Positions 1 to 10,500 are shown, counted from the first letter of the stretch. The stretch is 64,000 bases of DNA from Candidatus Bathyarchaeota archaeon (GCA_026014685.1 JAOZHW010000003.1:35995-99994), one strand, 5' to 3'. Numbers and translations: made by a program. Notes: generated from the sequence alone by a model not told the origin.

Positions 1-2
1 TG

Positions 3-386
3 ACGAAAACCTACAAGTACGTAATCGTTGACTCCCCTGCAGGTTTAGAAAACCTCAATCGCCGCATAACCTCCGAGGTCAACGACATTTTTGACATATT
101 AGATCACTCTAAAAAGTCTCAAGATCATGTCAGACGTGCTTACAAAATAGCTAAAGAAGTTGACATGAAATTCGAAAACTTTTACTTAATTGGCGGCTAC
201 CGTTTTCCTTCAGAACTTGGCAAGCAGGCAGAAGAAGAGCTCAAATTCAAGTACTTAGGCAAAATTGAGGCTGACGAGCGTCTAGACGAGTTTGTTCTCA
301 ACGGTGAGTCGCTTTTAGACCTGCCAAACGACAACAAAGCCTACCTTTCAGTTAAGAAAATCCTTCAGACTTTGGGCTATTTGTAG
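3..386 (+). CDS. cooC: CooC/AcsF-type Ni-insertion ATPase, 5'-truncated by window edge
   Basis: Frame open from position 3; VIVDSPAGLENLNRR resembles the CooC DxxAGxE motif; lies directly upstream of cdhA. Confidence 0.8.
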   Translation, partial: TKTYKYVIVDSPAGLENLNRRITSEVNDIFDILDHSKKSQDHVRRAYKIAKEVDMKFENFYLIGGYRFPSELGKQAEEELKFKYLGKIEADERLDEFVLNGESLLDLPNDNKAYLSVKKILQTLGYL

Positions 387-559
387 TCCAAAATTCTTTT
401 ACATAATTTTTTTCAAACCTTGCATATCTAGTGGTACACCATGACTTTTGCCTAAGAAATCTAGGAAGGTTTAAAAAGATTGTAATCTGGATAACAGGTA
501 AACCTTTACAGAGGTTCTTCAATTTGACTAGTAAAAACGTCCATGTAAAAATAGACGAA

Positions 560-2869
560 ATGAAGACCAACGCTGGTCTCATTAAAAATCTCGAGTTATC
601 TATCGGCAAAGTTATCAACGACAACTATGCTGAGCCGATGGGTCCAACTCCAATGCCCTCCGTTACCGCCCTGCGAGATTGGGACATGAAACTTTTAACC
701 AAATACAAGCCCTTCTACATGCCCGACTGTGACTCATGTTGCCTTTGCACTTTTGGCAAATGCGACTTGACTGCCGGAAAACGCGGAGCATGTGGCTTAG
801 ACATCGCAGCCCAATCATCTCGTATCGTTATGATCGCTTGCGCCATCGGAGCCTCGTGCCACTCAGCACACTCACGCCATCTTGTCCATCACTTAATTGA
901 GAAGTATGGCCGAAGGCATCCCTTAGACATCGGTGGCTTAAACGTAAAAGTTGAAGCCCCAGTCACACGCCTTGTAACCGGTATCAAACCCGAAACACTC
1001 GGCGACCTCGACGATGTTTTAGCATATGTAGAAGAACAAGTTACCCAAATTCTTGCAACAGCCCACACAGGTCAAGAATCATGCAACCTTGACTTCGAAT
1101 CCAAAGCATTCCACATCGGCATGTGTGACCACGTGGGTATGGAAGTCGGTGACATCGCCCAGATTTCAACTTTGGGATATCCAAAGGCTGATCCTGAAGC
1201 GCCACTAGTCAAATTAGGTATCGCCAGCGTTGAACGCTCCAAGCCAGTTGTCATGTGCATCGGTCACAACGTCGTTCCATCAGTTGGCATCATTGACTAT
1301 GCAAAAGAAAAGAAAGTGGACGATAAAATCGAAGTAGTTGGCTTATGCTGCACAGCCCACGACATGACCAGATACTACAACCGCGCCAGAATCGTTGGTC
1401 CAATCAGCTGGGAACTTCGATTCATCCGTGCAGGATTAGCAGATGTCGTCGTCCTTGACGAACAATGCATCAGAACAGATGTTGCCGAAGAAGCAGCAAA
1501 AGTTAACACACCAGTCATAGCGGCATCTGAGAAGAACTGTGTTGGCTTCAAGAACCGCACAAACGACTCAACCGACGCCATCGTAGAAGACCTCGTCAGT
1601 GGCAAAGTCAAAGGTGTACTAATTCTTGACCCAGAAAAAGTCGGTGAAGTTGCAGTCCGTGTTGCCCAAGCAGTTGCTCCAATGCGCAAACGTAAAAACG
1701 TTCTCCCAAGCGTAGAGGAAGTTGTAGCAATCGCAAAGACTTGCACTCAATGCAAACAATGCCAACGCAACTGCCCACAAGACTACGCTATCCCAGCAGC
1801 CCTAAAGGCAGCCGCAGCAGGCGACCTATCTAAATTAACAGACCTCTACGAAGTCTGCATCGGATGTGGAAGATGTGAAAGCGCATGCCCACAAGGAATC
1901 ATGATCCACAGCCTCATCGTTAAAGCAGGCGAAAAATCGATGTACTGTGAAGACAACCTATGCCGCAGCGGCAGAGGTGCAGTCTCCGACGTCGAAATCC
2001 GCAACGTCGGTAGCCCAATCGTACTTGGAGAAATCCCCGGTATCGTAGCAATCGTTGGCTGCAGCAACTATCCAAAAGGCGGCAAAGACGTCTATGACAT
2101 AGCCAGAGAATTTGCCAGCAGACGATATATCGTCGTCCTCTCCGGATGCTCAGCCATGTCCGCAGGCAGCTACCGCAACAGCGAAGGCAAGACCCTCTAT
2201 GAAGAATTCCCAGGTGGATTCGAAGCAGGAGGAGTCAGCAACGTCGGCTCATGCGTCGCAAACAGCCACATCGCAGGTGCAGCCATCAAAGTAGCAAACA
2301 TCTTCGCAAAACGCCCACTAAGAGGCAACTATGAAGAAATTGCAGACTACATCCACAACCGTTTAGGTGCAGTCGGTTTAGCTTGGGGTGCATACAGTCA
2401 GAAAGCAGCCGCAATCGGCGCAGGCTTCTGGCGTTTAGGTGTACCAGTAGTGGTCGGTCCACACGGCAGCAAATACAGACGTATGTTGCTTGGCAGAAAA
2501 GAAGATCCCTCGAACTGGAATGTTCTAGATGCACGCACAGGCGAAACCGTCAACGTCGGCCCCGCACCAGAACACCTCTTCAACGTTGCAGAAACCAAAG
2601 AGGAATGCATCGTTCAAATCGCAAAACTCTGCTTCAGACCAAACGACACTTGGAAGGGACGCGCAGGCAAACTCAGCCACTACATCGACCTACACAAACG
2701 CTACATGGGAGTTATGCCAAACGATGTACACCTCTACGTCAGAACAATGGCTGATGTACCAATCACCCTCAAAGACGAAATCGGCAAGATCCTTGAAGCA
2801 AACAACTGGAAAGAAACAGTTATTCCGGACCCAACCTTGCTTCCTAGAATGGTCCGAAAGATGAAGTGA
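560..2869 (+). CDS. cdhA: ACDS/CODH complex alpha subunit
   Basis: CDSCCLCTFGKC, GASCHSAHSRHL, CIGHN, CCTAHD, two CxxCxxCxxxCP ferredoxin motifs, GSCVANSH. Start taken as ATG 560 rather than 431. Confidence 0.97.
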   Translation: MKTNAGLIKNLELSIGKVINDNYAEPMGPTPMPSVTALRDWDMKLLTKYKPFYMPDCDSCCLCTFGKCDLTAGKRGACGLDIAAQSSRIVMIACAIGASCHSAHSRHLVHHLIEKYGRRHPLDIGGLNVKVEAPVTRLVTGIKPETLGDLDDVLAYVEEQVTQILATAHTGQESCNLDFESKAFHIGMCDHVGMEVGDIAQISTLGYPKADPEAPLVKLGIASVERSKPVVMCIGHNVVPSVGIIDYAKEKKVDDKIEVVGLCCTAHDMTRYYNRARIVGPISWELRFIRAGLADVVVLDEQCIRTDVAEEAAKVNTPVIAASEKNCVGFKNRTNDSTDAIVEDLVSGKVKGVLILDPEKVGEVAVRVAQAVAPMRKRKNVLPSVEEVVAIAKTCTQCKQCQRNCPQDYAIPAALKAAAAGDLSKLTDLYEVCIGCGRCESACPQGIMIHSLIVKAGEKSMYCEDNLCRSGRGAVSDVEIRNVGSPIVLGEIPGIVAIVGCSNYPKGGKDVYDIAREFASRRYIVVLSGCSAMSAGSYRNSEGKTLYEEFPGGFEAGGVSNVGSCVANSHIAGAAIKVANIFAKRPLRGNYEEIADYIHNRLGAVGLAWGAYSQKAAAIGAGFWRLGVPVVVGPHGSKYRRMLLGRKEDPSNWNVLDARTGETVNVGPAPEHLFNVAETKEECIVQIAKLCFRPNDTWKGRAGKLSHYIDLHKRYMGVMPNDVHLYVRTMADVPITLKDEIGKILEANNWKETVIPDPTLLPRMVRKMK

Positions 2870-2885
2870 GTGGAGGAGAAAAAAC

Positions 2886-3428
2886 ATGTCCTGTGAACCA
2901 TGGCAATGTGCAGAAATCGCATCAACTAAAAAAGCAAACGTAATCCAAAAACCCGAGATAGCAGTCGCAATGATGAAGAAGGCTCAACGCCCTCTCCTCA
3001 TTGTAGGCAGCAACGTAACAGAAAGATGGATGGAAGGCAAACAAGCAATCGACTACATCATCGACCTCGCAAACGCATCAAAAATCCCCGTTGTAGCAAC
3101 AGCCCACATGGTCGGCGAATTCATCAAACGTGGCTACACTCCAGCAGCATTCTGGAACGCAATGGAAATCAGCCAACGCGTCTGCGACCCAACCTGGATG
3201 GGACTGGACGGCAAAGGACACCCAGACCTCGTCATCTACGTCGGCATGCCCTACTACATGGAAGCACTCATCTTAGCGGGCCTCAAACACTTCGCACCAG
3301 ACCTGAAAACCATGACCATCGACAACATGTACCATGTCCACGCAAGTTGGTCTTTCCCCAACGCAACCCTTGAAGAATGGGCTGCAAACCTCAAAGTAAT
3401 GACCTCAAAATTTAGTGGAGGAAACTAA
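2886..3428 (+). CDS. cdhB: ACDS complex epsilon subunit
   Basis: KKAQRPLLIVG, W.GLDG.G..DL, LKHFAP; position between cdhA and cdhC. Confidence 0.95.
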   Translation: MSCEPWQCAEIASTKKANVIQKPEIAVAMMKKAQRPLLIVGSNVTERWMEGKQAIDYIIDLANASKIPVVATAHMVGEFIKRGYTPAAFWNAMEISQRVCDPTWMGLDGKGHPDLVIYVGMPYYMEALILAGLKHFAPDLKTMTIDNMYHVHASWSFPNATLEEWAANLKVMTSKFSGGN

Positions 3429-3432
3429 GAAA

Positions 3433-4845
3433 ATGTCAATGTTTAAAGATATACCTGTAGATGTTGGCGTAATCTACGAAGGCGAACGTATCCGCAGAAA
3501 CGACATGCAAGTCGAACTCGGCGGACCAACAGTCAAACAAAAGTTTGAGTTGGCAAAAGTAAAACCCATGAACGAGATCGAAGACGGAAAAATCACCATC
3601 ATCGGTCCAGACTTAAAAGACCTAAAGGAAGGCGGCGCATATCCATTCGGCATTCTGATCGAAGCTGCAGGCGCAAAACTCGACGCAGGCCTTGAAGGTG
3701 TCCTTGAAAGGCGCATTCACGGCTACCTCAACTACATCGAAGGCTTCATGCACCTAAACCAGCGCTACGACATCTGGATACGCATCGGCAAAAAATCCTT
3801 CCAAAAAGGCTTAAACAGCTTTGAACCAATCGGCAAAGTACTCTACCGATTATTCAAGAGCGAGTTGCCAATCGTCGAGAAACTACAGGTTACCTTCATA
3901 ACCGACCCAGCAAAACTAGACGAAATGACCCCTGCAGCAATCCAAGCTTATGAAGCACGCGATGCAAAAGCCAGAGGCCTCAAAGACGCAGAAGTCAGCG
4001 AATTCTACGGTTGCGCACTCTGCCAATCATTCGCCCCAAGCCACGTCTGTGTCATCACACCACAAAGATACAGCAACTGCGGCGCCATCAGCTGGTTCGA
4101 CGGTAAAGCCTCCGCAAGCATCGACCCCAAGGGTCCAGTGTTCGCAATTCCAAGAGGCGAAATCATAAACGAAGAAAAAGGCGAATTCAGCGGCGTCAAC
4201 GAAGCCGCCAAGAAACGCAGCATGGGCGAAGTTAACCAAGTTTGGCTCTACACAGCCTTTGACCACCCACACACCTCCTGTGGATGCTTCGAAGCAGTAG
4301 CTTTCTACATCCCAGAAGTCGACGGCTTAGCAGTCGTACAACGCAACTTCAAAGGCGCAACCGTAAACGGTTTACCGTTCAGCACCATCGCTGACTCCGC
4401 AGCAGGCGGACGCCAAATCGACGGCTTCCACGGAATGTCCATCGAATACATGCGAAGCGCAAAGTTCTTCGCTGCAGACGGTGGATGGAACCGCATCGTT
4501 TGGGTGCCTAAAGAAGTTAAAGAAAAAGTCAAAGACTTCATCCCGAAAGACGTCGTCGACAAAATCGCAACCGAAGAAGACGCAAAGAACGTTGACGAAC
4601 TCAAAGCATTCCTCAAAGCAAAGAACCACCCAGTCGTCGCAAGATGGGAAGCAGAAGCAGCCCCCGAAGCAGCCGAAGCCGCAGCAATCACCGTTAACGA
4701 AGAAGCAGCAGGCACTATGATGCCAGTTGCAACAGCAGGTTCACTGCCAATCATGGCCGGCGGATTCAAGATCATACTCAAAGATGCAAAGATCTACGCC
4801 AACAAAGTCATCATCCAAACCGTCAAAGACGAAAAGAAGCAATAA
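3433..4845 (+). CDS. cdhC: ACDS complex beta subunit (acetyl-CoA synthase)
   Basis: YGCALCQSFAPSHVCVITP.R...CGAI and HTSCGCFE A-cluster ligands; start MSMFKDIP at 3433. Confidence 0.97.
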   Translation: MSMFKDIPVDVGVIYEGERIRRNDMQVELGGPTVKQKFELAKVKPMNEIEDGKITIIGPDLKDLKEGGAYPFGILIEAAGAKLDAGLEGVLERRIHGYLNYIEGFMHLNQRYDIWIRIGKKSFQKGLNSFEPIGKVLYRLFKSELPIVEKLQVTFITDPAKLDEMTPAAIQAYEARDAKARGLKDAEVSEFYGCALCQSFAPSHVCVITPQRYSNCGAISWFDGKASASIDPKGPVFAIPRGEIINEEKGEFSGVNEAAKKRSMGEVNQVWLYTAFDHPHTSCGCFEAVAFYIPEVDGLAVVQRNFKGATVNGLPFSTIADSAAGGRQIDGFHGMSIEYMRSAKFFAADGGWNRIVWVPKEVKEKVKDFIPKDVVDKIATEEDAKNVDELKAFLKAKNHPVVARWEAEAAPEAAEAAAITVNEEAAGTMMPVATAGSLPIMAGGFKIILKDAKIYANKVIIQTVKDEKKQ

Positions 4846-4850
4846 AACTG

Positions 4851-6086
4851 GTGAACTCTACGACTCACCACACTAACGACAAAAAAAAGGATGAGGGCCT
4901 GCAGTTAAGCGACGACTTGCTAGCTGCGCTGGCAAAGTTCAAAAAAATCGAGTTGGAAGACTTCCAGCTTGACGCCAAAGAACTGGAAATCCTCTTCGAG
5001 CCAGGCATGGCGGCAAACGTCCTGCCAAAACTCAAGCTTCCAGGCATAGCAGCAGTCGGCGGCAAACCAGCCAGCCTCCTCTCATCCCCCTTCCTACCCC
5101 CAATCGAGAAGTACCCCAACAGAATCGCAGAAGTCAAACTCGGCGCAACCAAAAGCGAAGGCGGCACACGCGGCAAAACAATCACCATCGGCGGAGAACT
5201 CTCTCCAGCTTTCTACACTTTTGAGAACCCAACACCACATAAACCAGCAGTAACCTTAGACGTTTTCGACATGGAAGTCCCCTTAAGCAAAGCCGTCAAG
5301 ATGCACGTCAAAGACGTCGTCGGCGACCCCGCAGCATGGGCGAAACTTGCAGTCGAAAAATTCGGCGCAGACATGGTAACAATGCACCTCATCAGCGTAG
5401 ACCCCCTACTCAAAGACGCCACCCCCAAAGACGCATGCAAAACCATAGAAAAAGTCCTGCAAGCAGTCGATGTACCCCTGGTAATCGGCGGATGCGGAGA
5501 CCCAGTAAAAGACACAGCCTTATTCGAAGAAGTATGCGCACAATTCCCAGGAGAACGCTTCCTAATCAGCTCCGTCACACGCGACATGGACGTCGAAAAA
5601 TGCGCGAAATTCATCAAGAAAGCAGGCCACGCAGTCCTCGCCTTCACACCAATGGACCTTAACTTTGCACGCGAACTAAACAGACACCTATTCGACAACC
5701 TATCACGCGAAGACATCATTATGGACTTAACAACCGCAGCCTTAGGTTACGGCTTAGACTACGCATTCACAAACATGGAACGCGCACGCATCGGCGGATT
5801 AATGGGTGACCTTGAATTGGCACAACCCATGAGCTCAGGCACAACCAACGCTTGGGCAGCCCGTGAAGCATGGCTTAAGATGTCAGCGGATTGGGAACCA
5901 CGCGAACTCAGAGGCCCACTATGGGAAGTCACCACAGCACTCACCTTGCTAACTGCAGGTGTCGACTTGTTCATGATGATGCACCCAGCTGCAGTAAAGA
6001 CCCTAAAAGACGTCACTAACTACCTGACAGCTAACAAGAAAGCAGACCCAGCCAAATTCCTCGACTGGGTCAAGGTAAAGGCTTAA
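4851..6086 (+). CDS. cdhD: ACDS complex delta subunit (small corrinoid Fe-S subunit)
   Basis: VKLGAT...GGTRG, VDVPLVIGG.G, ALGYGLDYAFTNMERARIGGLMGD, MMMHP. Confidence 0.96.
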   Translation: MNSTTHHTNDKKKDEGLQLSDDLLAALAKFKKIELEDFQLDAKELEILFEPGMAANVLPKLKLPGIAAVGGKPASLLSSPFLPPIEKYPNRIAEVKLGATKSEGGTRGKTITIGGELSPAFYTFENPTPHKPAVTLDVFDMEVPLSKAVKMHVKDVVGDPAAWAKLAVEKFGADMVTMHLISVDPLLKDATPKDACKTIEKVLQAVDVPLVIGGCGDPVKDTALFEEVCAQFPGERFLISSVTRDMDVEKCAKFIKKAGHAVLAFTPMDLNFARELNRHLFDNLSREDIIMDLTTAALGYGLDYAFTNMERARIGGLMGDLELAQPMSSGTTNAWAAREAWLKMSADWEPRELRGPLWEVTTALTLLTAGVDLFMMMHPAAVKTLKDVTNYLTANKKADPAKFLDWVKVKA

Positions 6087-6092
6087 GGAGAC

Positions 6093-7526
6093 ATGACTGA
6101 TATGGCAGAAAAGAAAAAAGGCGGATTAAAAGAACTCAGCCCAATCGCTATTTACAAGAACTTACCTAAAACCAACTGCAAAGAATGCGGCCAAGACAAC
6201 TGTATGGCTTTTGCCACAAAGATTGTCAACCGCGAAGTCGAACTTGAAGCATGCAAACCCCTGCTAAAACCTGAATACGCAAAACAGTACGCTACCTTAA
6301 AAGAACTCCTAAAACCCGCGGTTAAAGAAGTCGTCGTCGGTGTTGGCGATAAAGCCAAAAAAATCGGCGGCAAACTTGTCATGTACCGCCACGAACTCAC
6401 ATACAAGAACCCAACAGCTATCGCCATAGACGTAACCGACGAGATGCCAGAGAGTGAAATTGTTGCCCGCGTACAAAAGACCGAGAATTTCAGCTTCGAA
6501 TACATCGGCAACACCCTTAAACTCGACATGATCGCAGTCCGATGCACAAGCGACGACGCAGACAAATTCAAAGCATGCGTCAAAAAAGTCAGCGAAACAA
6601 CCAAGCTACCCATGATCCTCTGCGCCCTAAACCCACAAGTGATGGAAGCAGGCATCATGGCAGCACCCAAAGCACGCCCACTACTCTACGCCGCAACCGC
6701 ACAGAACTGGAAAGAAATGGCTGAACTCGCAATCATGTACGATGCACCACTAGTAGCATCTTCACCAAACGACCTAAACGGTTTAGCTTCACTGGCAAAA
6801 ACCTTGCAGGAATACGGCGTTAAAGACATCGTCCTAGACCCAGGCACCTTCGCAAACGAAGGCTTACAAGACACCCTGAACAACTTTACCATGCTACGAC
6901 GTGCAGCCACCAAAGCAGGCGACGAACTTGCTGGTTTACCACTACTCGGTATACCTATGGTTGCATGGGCAAACAAAGGCGACACCGCAGACGACCTCAT
7001 TAAATGGCGTGAATCATACATTGCATCCATGTTGGTTGTCCGCTACGCAGACGCACTTATCCTGCACGGCAACGACGGATGGAGCCTACTACCGCTCGCA
7101 GTGCTACGTCAAAACATCTACACTGACCCACGCAAACCAGTCGCAGTTGCACCAGGCCTCAAAGTCTTCGGCACCCCCGACGAAAACAGCCCAGTCATGT
7201 TCACAAGCAACTTCGCCTTAACCTACTACACAGTCGCCTCAGACATAGAAAGCAGCAAAACCAACGCCTACCTCATCGTAGTCGACGCAGAAGGTAGCGC
7301 TATCGACAGCGGAGTCGCAGGACGCAAACTAACCGCAGACAAAATCGCTGAAGCCATTAAAGCCAGCGGCGTCGAAAGCAAAGTTAAGCACCGCAAAATC
7401 ATCAGCCCAGGCAAAGCAAGCAGAATCAGCGGCGAAATCGAAGAACTCAGCGGCTGGAAAGTGCTGGTTGGACCACGCGACAGCAGCGAGATTCCGAAGT
7501 ACATCATCGATAAATGGCAACCATAA
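6093..7526 (+). CDS. cdhE: ACDS complex gamma subunit (large corrinoid Fe-S subunit)
   Basis: LPKTNCKECG..NCMAFA...C N-terminal Fe-S motif; YTDPRKP; TSNFALTY; VGPRDSS. Confidence 0.97.
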   Translation: MTDMAEKKKGGLKELSPIAIYKNLPKTNCKECGQDNCMAFATKIVNREVELEACKPLLKPEYAKQYATLKELLKPAVKEVVVGVGDKAKKIGGKLVMYRHELTYKNPTAIAIDVTDEMPESEIVARVQKTENFSFEYIGNTLKLDMIAVRCTSDDADKFKACVKKVSETTKLPMILCALNPQVMEAGIMAAPKARPLLYAATAQNWKEMAELAIMYDAPLVASSPNDLNGLASLAKTLQEYGVKDIVLDPGTFANEGLQDTLNNFTMLRRAATKAGDELAGLPLLGIPMVAWANKGDTADDLIKWRESYIASMLVVRYADALILHGNDGWSLLPLAVLRQNIYTDPRKPVAVAPGLKVFGTPDENSPVMFTSNFALTYYTVASDIESSKTNAYLIVVDAEGSAIDSGVAGRKLTADKIAEAIKASGVESKVKHRKIISPGKASRISGEIEELSGWKVLVGPRDSSEIPKYIIDKWQP

Positions 7527-7530
7527 ACCA

Positions 7531-7560
7531 TTCTTTTCTTCTTTTAATTTTTTATTTGAA
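7531..7560 (+). terminator. T-rich archaeal terminator after the cdh operon
   Basis: TTCTTTTCTTCTTTTAATTTTTTTATTT immediately after the cdhE stop. Confidence 0.55.
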
Positions 7561-7694
7561 CTTTTGCTTTATCTATTTTGGAAATTTTAATTTAATTAAC
7601 TTACAGGCTGTAAGTAAACACACCGCTACACTAAAAGCCGCATCATTATCTTGGTAGCTCCAGAAAACAGGTCCCTGCAGAGGCGGGTCACTTC

Positions 7695-7752
7695 TTTTAC
7701 GGCTTTATATAAGGGAGGGGAGGTCAGCTCAGAGACGTCGCGTGGTTTACGC
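7695..7752 (+). repeat. Dispersed ~58-bp intergenic cassette, copy 1 (TATA-GGGAGGGGAGG-GAGACGTCGCGTGGTTT)
   Basis: 49/58 identical by hand alignment to the reverse complement of 19407-19464; upstream of rubrerythrin. Confidence 0.85.
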
Positions 7753-7883
7753 GTCCGCGGATACGTTTTCGTATGCGCCTTTAAATAAGGATGCCTAAAG
7801 AAAAACCACAACAGAACACACGTGTTACTCTGGTAGCTAATTGCTTATAACTTCGTGTGGCATTAAATTTCTTGGTGATTTTA

Positions 7884-8387
7884 ATGACTAAAACTGATGA
7901 AAACCTAAAAGCTGCGTTTGCAGGCGAATCCCAAGCTAACCGCATGTACCTCGCCTTCGCCAAAGCAGCCGAACAAGAAGGCTTCCCCCAAATCGCTAAA
8001 CTCTTCAAAGCCGCCGCGGAAGCAGAAACCGTGCATGCCCACAACCACCTCCGCGTGATGGGTAAAGTAAAATCCACCCCCGAAAACCTCGAAGCAGCCG
8101 TTTCAGGCGAAACCTACGAATTCAAAACCATGTACCCACAATTCATCGAAGATGCAAAAGCAGAAGGTAACAAAAAAGCGCTGCAAAGCTTCGATTACGC
8201 TAACAAAGTCGAGCAAGTTCACGCAGGTCTCTACCAGAAAGCCATAGAAGCAGCCAAAACCAAAAAAGACCTCCCCTCAGCCGACATTTACGTTTGCCCA
8301 GTTTGCGGCGACACCTTCGAAGGTACCGCACCAGACAAGTGCCCCATCTGCGGAACACCTAAAGCGAAATTCACAAAAATCGCATAA
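7884..8387 (+). CDS. rbr: Rubrerythrin
   Basis: NLKAAFAGESQANRMY, EAETVHA, ETYE...MYP, EQVHA, C-terminal CPVCG...CPICG rubredoxin domain. Confidence 0.95.
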   Translation: MTKTDENLKAAFAGESQANRMYLAFAKAAEQEGFPQIAKLFKAAAEAETVHAHNHLRVMGKVKSTPENLEAAVSGETYEFKTMYPQFIEDAKAEGNKKALQSFDYANKVEQVHAGLYQKAIEAAKTKKDLPSADIYVCPVCGDTFEGTAPDKCPICGTPKAKFTKIA

Positions 8388-8476
8388 GGCGTTTATGCCT
8401 TATCTTTGTTTTTATTTTTTGATTTTGCACGTAGCGAAGTAGATAAACAAAAAATTTGGAAAAAGAAAGAATGGGT

Positions 8477-9667
8477 TTAGGCTTTGATTTTTTGAGCAAT
8501 CTGTTGCCCAAACTCAAAGCACTTCTTCAACTCGTCAGCTGTAGGAACCCACTTTAGCTCTACACCCTGCTCCACAACATCGAAGCCGAATTCTTTAGCC
8601 ATCTTTTCCATGCCCCGCACTGCGCCACCGCCCCAACCGTAGCTGCCGAAGAAGTACCAGGTTTTGCCTTTGGGTTTTAATCCGCCGATGTAGGTTAAGA
8701 ACGCGCCAAGCGAGGGGAACATGCCGTTGTTTAGGGTTGGTGAACCGACGATTACGGCTTTTGCGTCCACGATTTCGGTGACGACATCGGTGTTGTCGGT
8801 GCAGCGAAGCTTGAGCAGCTTGACTTCGACGTCTTCGCTGGCTAAGCCATCTTCGATTGCTCTGGCCATTTTGTCGGTGCTGCCCCACATAGTATCAAAC
8901 ACGATGACTGCTTTGTTTTTCACACATTTGCCTGTGCACCAATCCATGTAGGCGTTGACGATTTTCATGGGGTCTTTGCGCCATATGACACCGTGACTTG
9001 GGCCGATGATGTCGATGGGTAACTTCATGGCGACGACTTCTTGGATTTTCTTAACGATAAGCGGCGAGAAAGGCGTGAGAATGTTCGCGTAGTAGGTGAC
9101 TGCTTCTTCCATGAGGACATGCTGGTCGACTTCGTCGTCGAAACGTCCGCTACTGGCAAAGTGTTGCCCAAACGCGTCGTTTGGTAAGAGGATTTTGTCT
9201 TCAGGGATGTAGGTGAACATGCTGTCAGGCCAGTGAAGCATCGGCGCTTCCAAGAAGGTGAGGGTTTTCTTTCCGAGTTTTATGGTGTCGCCTGACTTTA
9301 CGATTTCAACGCGCTCGAATTCTGCGCCGTAGTGTTTGATGAGTTCCTCTTTGCCTCTGGAGGTTGAGTAGATTTTGGCTTGAGGCGCAAGTTTGGCGAT
9401 TATTGGCAGACTGCTTGAGTGATCCATCTCCACGTGGTTTACGATGATGTAGTCAAGTTTGTCAAGGTTCGTGTGTTCTTTGATGTGTTCGACGAGTTCG
9501 TTGGCGAACGGAAGCTTTACCGTGTCAACGAGCGCGGTTTTTTCGTCAGAAACTAAGTAGGCGTTGTAGGTGGTGCCGCGGCTGGTGATGTATCCGTGGA
9601 AGTCACGTATGTTCCAGTCGACGACGCCAACCCAGTTAACTCCGTCTTTGAGGGTTACTTTGGTCAT
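8477..9667 (-). CDS. fprA: Flavodiiron protein (FprA family)
   Basis: GTTYNAYL, NHVEMDHS, HWPDSM, DAFGQH, PSHG, flavodoxin domain TMWGST; start MTKV at 9667. Confidence 0.95.
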   Translation of the reverse strand: MTKVTLKDGVNWVGVVDWNIRDFHGYITSRGTTYNAYLVSDEKTALVDTVKLPFANELVEHIKEHTNLDKLDYIIVNHVEMDHSSSLPIIAKLAPQAKIYSTSRGKEELIKHYGAEFERVEIVKSGDTIKLGKKTLTFLEAPMLHWPDSMFTYIPEDKILLPNDAFGQHFASSGRFDDEVDQHVLMEEAVTYYANILTPFSPLIVKKIQEVVAMKLPIDIIGPSHGVIWRKDPMKIVNAYMDWCTGKCVKNKAVIVFDTMWGSTDKMARAIEDGLASEDVEVKLLKLRCTDNTDVVTEIVDAKAVIVGSPTLNNGMFPSLGAFLTYIGGLKPKGKTWYFFGSYGWGGGAVRGMEKMAKEFGFDVVEQGVELKWVPTADELKKCFEFGQQIAQKIKA

Positions 9668-9823
9668 TGATTTACACTCCAAAACAAGTTGAAAATTTGT
9701 TAGAAGACTCATCACTGAAAGCTCTTATATTGATTTCGTCGATGCATGCTTAAACTGTATGGTTATATGCAGGAGCAAACACAATATTTTCCTGTTGCCA
9801 CCGTAAAGTGTGGAGGAATAATT

Positions 9824-10468
9824 TTGAGTTTACTGCCTGAAGACAAAAAACAGCTCTTACGGAACGATTTCAAACAGAAACTTGTTGATCCAGTCAAAAT
9901 CGTCGTTTTCACTCAAGAATTGGAGTGCCGCTACTGTAACGAAACAAGAAAACTAGCCGAAGAATTTCCTTCCTTAAGCGACAAAATTACAACTGAAGTC
10001 TACGACTTCGTTAAAGACCAAGATAAAGCTAAAGAACTTGGCATCGAGCGGATTCCCGCGTTGGCGGTCATCGGGAAGCAGGATTATGGGGTAAGATATT
10101 ATGGTGTACCTTATGGGTATGAGCTCCAGACGTTGATTGAAGCCATAGTTAACGTCTCAAAAGGCACAACTGACCTCTCTGAAAAAACCCGCACCATCCT
10201 AAAAGACGTCAAAACACCTGTAAACATCAAAGTCTTCGTCAGCTTAACCTGTCCGCACTGCCCCGGAGCTGCAGCTATAGCCCACAAACTCGCCATCGAA
10301 AGCAACCTCATCCGAGCCGAAGTCATAGAGGGCAGCGAGTTCCCCGACTTAACCCTCAAATACAACGTCATAGGCGTTCCCAAAGTAATCGTGAACGATA
10401 AAGTGGATTTTGTCGGCGAATTCAACGAAGACCTTTTCGCTGAGCACGTGGTGTTGGGTGCATTCTAA
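9824..10468 (+). CDS. Protein disulfide oxidoreductase (two thioredoxin folds)
   Basis: CRYC and CPHC motifs, RIPA and GVP cis-Pro loops; TTG start after GGAGG. Confidence 0.9.
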   Translation: MSLLPEDKKQLLRNDFKQKLVDPVKIVVFTQELECRYCNETRKLAEEFPSLSDKITTEVYDFVKDQDKAKELGIERIPALAVIGKQDYGVRYYGVPYGYELQTLIEAIVNVSKGTTDLSEKTRTILKDVKTPVNIKVFVSLTCPHCPGAAAIAHKLAIESNLIRAEVIEGSEFPDLTLKYNVIGVPKVIVNDKVDFVGEFNEDLFAEHVVLGAF

Positions 10469-10500
10469 AAAGTAGAATTAAAAAAGGAAAATGATGCGGT

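Noticed and set aside
431-559. N-terminal extension of CdhA in the ORF track
   Set aside because: AT-rich promoter-like DNA; CdhA-like sequence begins at ATG 560. The same applies to the track extensions of rtcB (39962), hisG (57858) and the radical SAM gene (24328).
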